A program made the position numbers and the translations under genes. Source: an uncultured virus (IMG/VR IMGVR_UViG_3300011885_000055) (taxonomy: Duplodnaviria > Heunggongvirae > Uroviricota > Caudoviricetes). From it: a DNA stretch of 20,000 nucleotides. Positions 9,133-15,917 of this stretch are shown one piece after another (within the stretch, counting starts at the first letter, position 1; each line of letters starts with the position of its first letter). The stretch is taken from IMG/VR virus record IMGVR_UViG_3300011885_000055; one strand, given 5' to 3'. Under the pieces are notes generated by a model. The model had not been told where the DNA came from. It made no database searches and saw only the letters and a program-made list of their open reading frames with translations.

Positions 9133-9350
9133 CTTTGCTCTATAGCTCCTCTAGAATTTCTCTTATACTTTCTAGCCTTCATGACTTCTCTTAGGTCGTC
9201 TGTTGCAAGTTCTTTTCTTACGCATCTAGCTCCACAATATGGGCAAGCTATGTACTTACCACTATTGACCGCATTTCTCAAATCAGAGTTTAATAATATA
9301 AATCCCCTATTGCAACCTCTGCATGCATAACTAGCATATATAGCTTCTAT
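9129..9350 (-). CDS. 73-aa zinc-ribbon protein with a non-canonical ATA start
   Basis: Absent from the ORF track. Reads (M)EAIYASYACRGCNRGFILLNSDLRNAVNSGKYIACPYCGARCVRKELATDDLREVMKARKYKRNSRGAIEQR, with two CxxC pairs. An AAGGTGGTGA SD precedes the ATA, and the stop overlaps the HNH start (ATGA). Confidence 0.75.
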   Translation of the reverse strand: MEAIYASYACRGCNRGFILLNSDLRNAVNSGKYIACPYCGARCVRKELATDDLREVMKARKYKRNSRGAIEQR

Positions 9351-9366
9351 ACTATCACCACCTTAT

Positions 9367-9413
9367 AAACATAAAAGAAGAAGGCATCCAGCTTCTAACT
9401 GAATACCTTCTTC
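9367..9413 (-). terminator. Intrinsic terminator in the late-transcript leader
   Basis: Minus strand GAAGAAGGTATTCAG-TTAGAAG-CTGGATGCCTTCTTC followed by TTTTATGTTT. The 15-bp stem has two G.U pairs that form only on the minus strand. Confidence 0.75.
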
Positions 9414-9449
9414 CTAATCATGGAGGACTAACCAAATCTTTATAATATT

Positions 9450-9506
9450 ATATTACTATTGATTTTTACATCCTTCAATGGCATGTTTTGTGCACGTTTT
9501 GTGCAT
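9450..9506 (-). promoter_or_regulatory. Putative late promoter with upstream direct-repeat activator site
   Basis: TTGAAG (9478-9473)-17 bp-TAATAT (9455-9450), preceded by ATGCACAAAAC GTGCACAAAAC ATGC, 11-bp-periodic direct repeats at 9481-9506. Confidence 0.65.
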
Positions 9507-9631
9507 TTAGTTTTTAATTATTATATATGTTTCCTTCTTGTTTTCAAATCCATATAGATATTTAAGTGAATTTAAAGGATATTTCTTTGAATTACCATAA
9601 TAATATTAATAAACCTTATTACTTTTTATAA

Positions 9632-10114
9632 TTAATATCCTACATCATACGGATATAATGTTATCGTTTTACTCTGTGACCCTGATAATACAGAAGTTGC
9701 TTTCGTCACAACTTCACATGAATACCTTGATTTTGATTTTACTGAAACAGAACCTGTAGTTCCAGGAACAGTACTATAAGACGTAACTTTTACATCTTTA
9801 TCAGGATCTATATATACGTCTACACCAATATATCTTAATTTATTACCTCTAGAATCAACTTCCCAATTTTCAGCACGTACAGTTGGTATAGAAATCTTAG
9901 CTGTTCCCACAGTTATATTAAATAATTTAATATTTATTGTTGGAGTAGTATCGTATCTATGATAAAATTTTTTAGTATAAACTGCTCCTCTAGTTGAAAT
10001 TTCTGTACTATTATCACTAATATCAGCAGCGAAAGCTGGTGTACAAGTTAATATTGAAAAAGCTGTTAAAATCAAACAGATTATCTTATTAAATTTTTTA
10101 TTAATTTTTCTCAT
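9632..10114 (-). CDS. Secreted protein of unknown function (moron)
   Basis: Sec signal peptide (basic N-terminus, hydrophobic core, AFA-AD cleavage site) and a Ser/Thr/Val-rich mature part; AAAGGGGG SD. Confidence 0.8.
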   Translation of the reverse strand: MRKINKKFNKIICLILTAFSILTCTPAFAADISDNSTEISTRGAVYTKKFYHRYDTTPTINIKLFNITVGTAKISIPTVRAENWEVDSRGNKLRYIGVDVYIDPDKDVKVTSYSTVPGTTGSVSVKSKSRYSCEVVTKATSVLSGSQSKTITLYPYDVGY

Positions 10115-10134
10115 GAATTATCCCCCTTTAATAA

Positions 10135-10215
10135 TTATCTGAAAATTCTTTTTAAAGTTGCAACAATAGCTCCTATTATAAGAAAAAGAATAAGTAACAT
10201 TATAAAAGTATCCAA
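10135..10215 (-). CDS. 26-aa single-transmembrane peptide
   Basis: Absent from the ORF track. TTG start behind a GGAGGGG SD; MDTFIMLLILFLIIGAIVATLKRIFR; ends 20 bp before the secreted-protein gene. Confidence 0.6.
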   Translation of the reverse strand: MDTFIMLLILFLIIGAIVATLKRIFR

Positions 10216-10246
10216 AATATCCCCTCCAAATTTCTAAAATATCCAC

Positions 10247-10282
10247 ATTATAGTACTTCTACTTCAATATAAAAATACCTTC
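10247..10282 (-). promoter_or_regulatory. Candidate promoter of the moron
   Basis: Perfect TATAAT at 10252-10247 with a weak -35, overlapping GAAGGT-N14-GTAGAAGT, which loosely resembles sigma-H promoters (AGGA-N17/18-GAAT). Confidence 0.35.
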
Positions 10283-10330
10283 TTTTTTCATCAATAAAAT
10301 AATCTCTTTATAGATAAAGACTTATATAAC

Positions 10331-10888
10331 CTAAATATTAAACTCTCTTATACTCTCAGGAAAAAGAATTGTTTTCATAGTATTTATAAGCCTACTTTTA
10401 TTCCTTGTTATGGTACTTCTATCCCTATCAAGCTTCTCTGCGATTCTTTCTTCGTTGTATCGTTCCCCATGATCTGACAAATACTTAAGCTTTATTATTG
10501 GATAATATCTATCATTTTTAATCTTATCTAATGCATTTTCTATCCTTTTAATTTCTCTTAATGTCTCAAGCTTCTCCAACTCGTACTTTTCTATTAAGTT
10601 CATATATCTATCTTGTCCACTAATATTTCCTCCTGAGGTTTGATAAACTACAATTGAACCGCTCTTTTGAGGAAGTCCATGGTCTTTTATATATTTAATA
10701 TCTTCATCCTTTTGTTTAAGTGCAGCTTTTAAATTATTATAGTTATATAACAATAATTCAACTTTTTTAAAATAACTCATTTCATTCTTAATCATCTTCG
10801 AGTTCCTAAGCTCCTGGATAACTTCCTTCGCTGTTTCCTTTGCTGTTTTCGCTATTGCATCTTCAATATTTACTGTCTTATTACCCAT
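10331..10888 (-). CDS. Late transcriptional regulator, RinA/ArpU-like
   Basis: VELLLYNY N-terminal motif and a C-terminal sigma-region-4-like HTH (IIKLKY...EERIAEKLDRDRSTITRNKSRLI); last gene of the early operon. Confidence 0.8.
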   Translation of the reverse strand: MGNKTVNIEDAIAKTAKETAKEVIQELRNSKMIKNEMSYFKKVELLLYNYNNLKAALKQKDEDIKYIKDHGLPQKSGSIVVYQTSGGNISGQDRYMNLIEKYELEKLETLREIKRIENALDKIKNDRYYPIIKLKYLSDHGERYNEERIAEKLDRDRSTITRNKSRLINTMKTILFPESIREFNI

Positions 10889-10889
10889 A

Positions 10890-11411
10890 TTAATTTCCTC
10901 CCCCGTGTATATAATTTAAGAAAAGTACATTACCATTAAAATCAATCTTATATTTTTGAACATCCTCTATACTTACATATTGCCTACCATATATCTTTTT
11001 CATATCTCTCCATACTTCCCATGGTATAAAAAAGAAATCATCTTTTATTCCTATGCATACTGCTGATAGAGCTCCTAGCTCCATGTGATAATTCAATGAC
11101 TCCATTTGTTCTTTAGTTAGCACTTTTCTTTGCATTTTATCTGTCCTTGTATACTTAGCTTCAAACACTATAGAACGACCACCTTTTAAAGTACCTTGAA
11201 AATCAGGTTCAGCATGTGAAGTAAAGTATCCATAGAAGCTTCCATCATTATTTTTTCTTTTCACTCTAAATGGCTCAGGCATCTTGTCCACTTTTGCTAT
11301 ACCCCTATTTTTATAATACTCACAAGCTCCTTCTATATATTTTTCAAAGGAAAGTCCCCTTGCATTATTAATACCATTCCTATAGCTTTCCAGTAACTTC
11401 TTATCTTCCAT
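10890..11411 (-). CDS. recU: Holliday junction resolvase RecU
   Basis: RGLSFEKYI, KMPEP, PDFQG, FEAKYT and QMESL motifs (PD-(D/E)xK RecU family). The ORF track starts at GTG 11414. Confidence 0.9.
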   Translation of the reverse strand: MEDKKLLESYRNGINNARGLSFEKYIEGACEYYKNRGIAKVDKMPEPFRVKRKNNDGSFYGYFTSHAEPDFQGTLKGGRSIVFEAKYTRTDKMQRKVLTKEQMESLNYHMELGALSAVCIGIKDDFFFIPWEVWRDMKKIYGRQYVSIEDVQKYKIDFNGNVLFLNYIHGGGN

Positions 11412-11413
11412 CA

Positions 11414-11590
11414 CTATCTCTCCCTTACTCCAACTAACTTAAATTCATCTGAGATAATGCGTACAATGTACACACTATCTCCTACTTTTAATGAATTATA
11501 TATTTCTGGTCTATGGTCTATCTCTAATAAAAATTTGCCATCCTGAACTCTATCAAAGTTTCTTTTTATACAATAAACCTTATATCCCAT
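11414..11590 (-). CDS. 58-aa hypothetical protein
   Basis: Absent from the ORF track. AAGGGGA SD; MGYKVYCIKRNFDRVQDGKFLLEIDHRPEIYNSLKVGDSVYIVRIISDEFKLVGVRER; the stop abuts the recU start. Confidence 0.7.
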   Translation of the reverse strand: MGYKVYCIKRNFDRVQDGKFLLEIDHRPEIYNSLKVGDSVYIVRIISDEFKLVGVRER

Positions 11591-11594
11591 AGCT

Positions 11595-11684
11595 CTATCC
11601 CCTTTTATAATTTTTATATAGTGTTAATACTAGTAGCATATTGAATATTAAAATTCCTAATATTGCTCTTATTAGCCACTTCAT
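11595..11684 (-). CDS. 29-aa hydrophobic peptide
   Basis: Absent from the ORF track. MKWLIRAILGILIFNMLLVLTLYKNYKRG; fills the gap after the DUF3102 gene, and its 3' end carries the next gene's SD. Confidence 0.55.
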   Translation of the reverse strand: MKWLIRAILGILIFNMLLVLTLYKNYKRG

Positions 11685-11689
11685 ACTTC

Positions 11690-12706
11690 CTACAACCTTT
11701 CTTGCATTTTAGAAACTAATGTTTTTGTAGCAATAATATATTTATCTTTAACTTCTTCAGGCAGTTCACTTAATATTGAAAATAGGTCATTAAAATTCTT
11801 TACAAGAATATCAAAGTTAACTTTGAACTTACTAGTTATTTCTCCTAAACTAACTTTCTCTCTAAGTTTCTTTAACTCATTCTCTACTTCTTCTGGTACT
11901 TTTTCTATTGTTTCTACATCAACAGGCTTTTCTTTTAACTTTTCTTCTAGCTCCTGAATTTGTTGTAAGTAGTTATTTTCTTCATTCTGTTTTTTATTAA
12001 GTTCAGTTTGTAATCTCTCAATTTCTTCATTATCTCCACTTCCTTTAGCTTCTTTTAACTGCTTCTTTATATCTTTAATAGACTTATTAAGCTTATTAGC
12101 CTCTAACTTAGTTCCTTCTCGTTCTCTCTCCAAAATGTCCTGAAGCTTATCTATATTCTCTTTGCTAACCTTTAAAGATTCTTCCTTAACCCTTATATCC
12201 GATTCAAGGATTGCTTTCTCTTGTTCTATTTTCTGAGCTTTTTCTTTAAGATCCTTAGCTAGTTTAAGAGCTTCTTCTTTTTCCTTCTCAGCTTTTTCTT
12301 TAGCCTTAATTACCTGCTGCAATTCTCTACTAGACATATCTTCTACATTATTTTCTTTTATAAAAGCTTCTCTTTCCTCTATATCTGGTATTCCTAAAAG
12401 TGCTACTGCTTGGCTATAGCTCAAATTCGCAAACGCTTGCGAATTTGAAGCTCCAAACAAACTAATTTGATTAGACCCATACTCCTCAAAAATCCTCATT
12501 AAGTTATTGGCCGTTCTTTGAGAATAGTTAACTGATTCTTCTAACCATCTTCCCCATTGTCCATGCTGAATAATACTTTTAGCTTCTACTAGCCTTCTAC
12601 CAATTTCAATAGAATTATTTAATACCATTATTCTAGTTTGTTCTTTTATATTATTTATTTCTGCTGCTATAACTTCTATGTCTCTTATGTTTACTAATTC
12701 ATTCAT
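11690..12706 (-). CDS. DUF3102-domain protein with a long coiled-coil C-terminus
   Basis: IEIGRRLVEAK...HGQWGRWLEE...YSQRTANNLMRIFEEY matches the DUF3102 pattern, followed by Glu/Lys-rich heptads. Confidence 0.85.
   Translation of the reverse strand: MNELVNIRDIEVIAAEINNIKEQTRIMVLNNSIEIGRRLVEAKSIIQHGQWGRWLEESVNYSQRTANNLMRIFEEYGSNQISLFGASNSQAFANLSYSQAVALLGIPDIEEREAFIKENNVEDMSSRELQQVIKAKEKAEKEKEEALKLAKDLKEKAQKIEQEKAILESDIRVKEESLKVSKENIDKLQDILEREREGTKLEANKLNKSIKDIKKQLKEAKGSGDNEEIERLQTELNKKQNEENNYLQQIQELEEKLKEKPVDVETIEKVPEEVENELKKLREKVSLGEITSKFKVNFDILVKNFNDLFSILSELPEEVKDKYIIATKTLVSKMQERL
12421..12448. repeat. Perfect 12-bp inverted repeat inside the DUF3102 gene
   Basis: TCAAATTCGCAA-ACGC-TTGCGAATTTGA. 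Confidence 0.9.
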
Positions 12707-12718
12707 CTTTTACTCCCC

Positions 12719-14269
12719 CTATGCTGTTAACTTCACTTTTTTATTTTTAAGTCTTTCCATTTCAAACAACTCTATAAATTCAGCCACTTCATTTTTAGGA
12801 TTGCAGTTACGCTTCCCATGGACTTGTTTTATACTATTGTCCTTAACTTCAACTGTAAAAAATGGCTCATTAGGTTTATTCTTATATCTAATTACCAATA
12901 TGTTAGTTTCCCCACTAGCATATTTTCTTGAATAACCACCAACACAGTGATTCAATGCTTTTCCTTCATCAATTAGCTCTAGTGAACTCGTTACTGGTCT
13001 TATGAATAACTCTTTATATTCAAAACAATATAATTTGTTTAGTTCATCTAATCTCTTCTCTATTTTTTTATTAAGAGCCTTGTCCTCTTTATACTTAATT
13101 TGCCTTATGGTATTTTGATGAGCTATTACAACATCTTTAGGGAACAGAACATCTTCCTTATTTAAATCCATTTTTAATTTTTTACAGTCTTCTATATAAT
13201 CACGCCATGTGATTATTAATGAGCCATTATTACTTTTTCCCTTTTGCTTTTGTTTTGCCAAATACTTATATGCTTTTTTTGTGTTGCAGTATTCCAATAT
13301 TTCTTCTAATTTTTCATACCCATATGAATCTGATATAGCTCTCTCTATCACTTTCACTTCATGAGGTCCTAAATTACTGTTATCTCTTATTGCTCTTTGA
13401 TATAACTTTAAAAACAATGGTGATATGAATACCTTGGATTCTCTTATATCCTTTAAATCTTTCTTTCCTATTTTCAGCATCTTATATATAGTTTTTCCTC
13501 TCCAATTTATACACCTCATCATGTTTTCACCATGAATTTTACATCTTATTAATTCTTTCATACCTACTTTTGTTAATGACTCAATAAGCGGATACTTTGT
13601 GTATAATTCAAAGAAACTCAACATATCACTACCAACATATTCTTCCCACATACTATATTTAAAAGGAGTATTCTTTACAGCTTTATCAATACTGTTATAG
13701 CTAATGCTATATGGATAATTTGCTAGTGAATTAATATTAAAACTATATATACTCTTAGCTTTTTCCCACCTCTCACCATAATAGTAACTAAACAATCTAA
13801 CTGCCATTTCTGCCGAACCTGGTTTAAATACATATACAGCTTCTTTCAAAAAGCTCGTTTTTACTTTTTTATAATCACCGCCATAATATCTTTCTGCATA
13901 AAATCCATTTGCTACTATAGCATCAGGATCTACTACAGATTTTTCATAATAAATAAAGCAAGCTCTATCAATTAATGATTTTCTTCCATACCTAGTAAGC
14001 TTTACTACACATTCACTACCACACTCTTTACAATGAGTAGTACTATTATGCTTTAGCTTCTCCACTTCATATTCATGGCCACAATGTGTACAATGCCCTA
14101 AATATTTAGTTTCTCTACGTTCAACAAACAAATACCTGCTCTTTAAAAAGACTTTCTCTATAGCATATTCTTTTATTTCATCACTAACATGTTCTTCTGT
14201 ATGCATCAATATATTTTCAATGACTTTTTCTGAATATAGCTTATTATCGTGAGCTCCCATCATGCACAT
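12719..14269 (-). CDS. PcfJ-like domain protein
   Basis: N-terminal Zn ribbon (CTHC...CKEC); C-terminal WRDY...LFPKD...AH and ELIDEGKALNHCVGGY...ILVIR...PFFTVEV...QVHGKRNC, the PcfJ signature. Confidence 0.88.
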   Translation of the reverse strand: MCMMGAHDNKLYSEKVIENILMHTEEHVSDEIKEYAIEKVFLKSRYLFVERRETKYLGHCTHCGHEYEVEKLKHNSTTHCKECGSECVVKLTRYGRKSLIDRACFIYYEKSVVDPDAIVANGFYAERYYGGDYKKVKTSFLKEAVYVFKPGSAEMAVRLFSYYYGERWEKAKSIYSFNINSLANYPYSISYNSIDKAVKNTPFKYSMWEEYVGSDMLSFFELYTKYPLIESLTKVGMKELIRCKIHGENMMRCINWRGKTIYKMLKIGKKDLKDIRESKVFISPLFLKLYQRAIRDNSNLGPHEVKVIERAISDSYGYEKLEEILEYCNTKKAYKYLAKQKQKGKSNNGSLIITWRDYIEDCKKLKMDLNKEDVLFPKDVVIAHQNTIRQIKYKEDKALNKKIEKRLDELNKLYCFEYKELFIRPVTSSLELIDEGKALNHCVGGYSRKYASGETNILVIRYKNKPNEPFFTVEVKDNSIKQVHGKRNCNPKNEVAEFIELFEMERLKNKKVKLTA

Positions 14270-14281
14270 AATTTCTCCCCC

Positions 14282-14677
14282 TTACAGATTGTCCAATATA
14301 TCATCTAAATTTATATCTATGCCTTCCAGAGTTGATTTTTCTTTATAATCATTTATGCTTACAACCTTCGTTTCATTATTTTTTATATCTATTTTTTTAT
14401 TTATCCCAAAGTAATCCATAACTATTTTAAATCCTTCTGCATCCTCTATTACTGCACACCCATTTATTGCTCTTTGCTTTGCTACCTTCTTCATTTCATC
14501 TAGGCTTTTCATTATAGTCTTTCCTTCAGTAAGAATTGCTTTGGCTACCTCTTCATTTCCATTAACCTGTTGAATCAAAAACTCACCTATAACTCTTATT
14601 TCCTTCTTATCTTCTTTATCCATTTCTGAATTCAACTTTTCTATTGCCTTATTTATTAACTCTTTATTCTTTTCCAT
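14282..14677 (-). CDS. PcfK-like / AcrIIA9 (Cas9 inhibitor) family protein
   Basis: IGEFL...AKAILTEGKTI..SLDEMKKVAKQRAINGCAVIEDAEGFKIVMDYF pattern; position directly upstream of pcfJ. Confidence 0.7.
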   Translation of the reverse strand: MEKNKELINKAIEKLNSEMDKEDKKEIRVIGEFLIQQVNGNEEVAKAILTEGKTIMKSLDEMKKVAKQRAINGCAVIEDAEGFKIVMDYFGINKKIDIKNNETKVVSINDYKEKSTLEGIDINLDDILDNL

Positions 14678-14715
14678 GATTACCCTCCATAAATATAAAA
14701 TTTAAAATATATAAA

Positions 14716-14913
14716 TTATGCCTTTAACCTTATACACCCTGCTGCAAAATCTTTTAGCATATATGTCTCTACGTAGTTCTTATGTTTAACTACTATAAAG
14801 TTTTGTGTTTCATCTAATACTATTCCTGGCTTTTCAATCCACACTTTAGTCTTTCCTGTTATTCTACCTCGTTCTAGTACTGTTACCTTACTTCCTTTGG
14901 TTAAATTCTCCAT
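14716..14913 (-). CDS. Hypothetical protein (small, beta-rich)
   Basis: 65-aa ORF with an AAGGAGG SD, directly after rep. Confidence 0.75.
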   Translation of the reverse strand: MENLTKGSKVTVLERGRITGKTKVWIEKPGIVLDETQNFIVVKHKNYVETYMLKDFAAGCIRLKA

Positions 14914-14932
14914 GTTAAATCCTCCTTAATTT

Positions 14933-15742
14933 TCATTCCTTTTTCCACATTTTCAAATATACTGACCAGCCTATTAACTCCTGATAAACTGGACTAGCTT
15001 CAACTACCCTATATCCTTTGTACTGCTCTTCCCAAAATCTAAAATCATTTTCTTTTATAAGCTTCTCTATTTTTCTCTTACTGTACTTATAATCATTTTT
15101 TATAGATTCAGGTCTTATTAAATTTCTTGAAGAGCTCCATCTCTTTTTACCTTTTTTGTTATTTCTGCTTTTGGTTATATATCTACTTATTCCTTCAAGT
15201 CCATTTTCATTAGGTTGTAATCTATCGGCATTTATAAATCCTATAGTGTCCCCTTCTTTTTCGCCCTTCTTTTTACGTTTACTCCAAAGCTCCTCAACTT
15301 CATCTCTGCTTAAACCTTTATTCATTAAAATGTGGTGATGTATTCTTATTGGCTTGTCCTCGTTTTCATCTGCCATAATATATTCTGTTACTAAAATGTA
15401 TTTCAAGGGTTCTAATCCTTTTTTCTTTCTTCTATGATTTAATCTTCTAAAAAAATTACTTATCTCTTTTTCTGCTTCTTCTGGTGTTTCAGGAAGATAT
15501 TTATCTTTATAAGTACAAGTAACATGTAAATCCCCCTTACCAAAATTTCCATTTGCAAGTTGAGTAATATATCTCTTAGAGTTTTTATCATTTAAGTTTT
15601 TCTGTTTAGGTTCAGATTCTTTTACTCTTTTTGCCCTTTTCCCCTTTACCGTTTTTTCTTGCCATATTGTCCTGGGGATTATATCCACTTCTAAATATTT
15701 TTTGCCACAGTATATCTTCTTCTCTCTCATGAAGTTTCTCAC
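14933..15742 (-). CDS. HUH-superfamily rolling-circle replication initiator (Rep)
   Basis: Motif I LHVTCTY, motif II RIHHHILM (HUH) and motif III ISRYITK (catalytic Tyr) in Rep order; GTG start behind an AAAAGGGGG SD. Confidence 0.8.
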   Translation of the reverse strand: MRNFMREKKIYCGKKYLEVDIIPRTIWQEKTVKGKRAKRVKESEPKQKNLNDKNSKRYITQLANGNFGKGDLHVTCTYKDKYLPETPEEAEKEISNFFRRLNHRRKKKGLEPLKYILVTEYIMADENEDKPIRIHHHILMNKGLSRDEVEELWSKRKKKGEKEGDTIGFINADRLQPNENGLEGISRYITKSRNNKKGKKRWSSSRNLIRPESIKNDYKYSKRKIEKLIKENDFRFWEEQYKGYRVVEASPVYQELIGWSVYLKMWKKE

Positions 15743-15832
15743 GGTACCCTTCCCCCTTTTGTCTCCTTATCAATCTGTATTGGTTTAAATCTATAACTAT
15801 ATTTCTTTTATTATTTTTAAATAGTTATAATG

Positions 15833-15867
15833 TTAATACCTCATACGAGCTCTTTAAGAGGTATTAA
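15833..15867. other. Candidate double-strand origin (nick-site hairpin)
   Basis: Perfect 10-bp stem TTAATACCTC / GAGGTATTAA around a 15-nt loop that reads GAGCTCGTAT on the minus strand, about 90 bp upstream of rep. Confidence 0.45.
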
Positions 15868-15882
15868 ACTCTCTAATTTTGA

Positions 15883-15911
15883 TTGATTAGTACCGTGAGT
15901 TTTGATATACT
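15883..15911 (+). promoter_or_regulatory. Sigma-A promoter antisense to the rep leader
   Basis: TTGATT (15883-15888)-17 bp-TATACT (15906-15911), with an extended -10 TG at 15903-15904. Confidence 0.7.
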
Positions 15912-15917
15912 TAAATT

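Noticed and set aside
9481..9506. Direct repeats considered as a mini-CRISPR or iterons
   Set aside because: Only about 2.5 copies of 11 bp with no spacers; better explained as a late-activator site.
9510..9631. AT-rich gap with a weak hairpin (9571-9591) as a possible antitoxin RNA or moron terminator
   Set aside because: The stem is weak, there is no convincing promoter-terminator pair, and it does not overlap the 26-aa ORF.
14933..15742. HUH protein as an IS200/IS91 transposase or conjugative relaxase
   Set aside because: Motif order is Rep-like, with the Tyr after HUH, unlike relaxases. No IS ends, tnpB or transfer genes are present, and the gene is embedded in the early operon.
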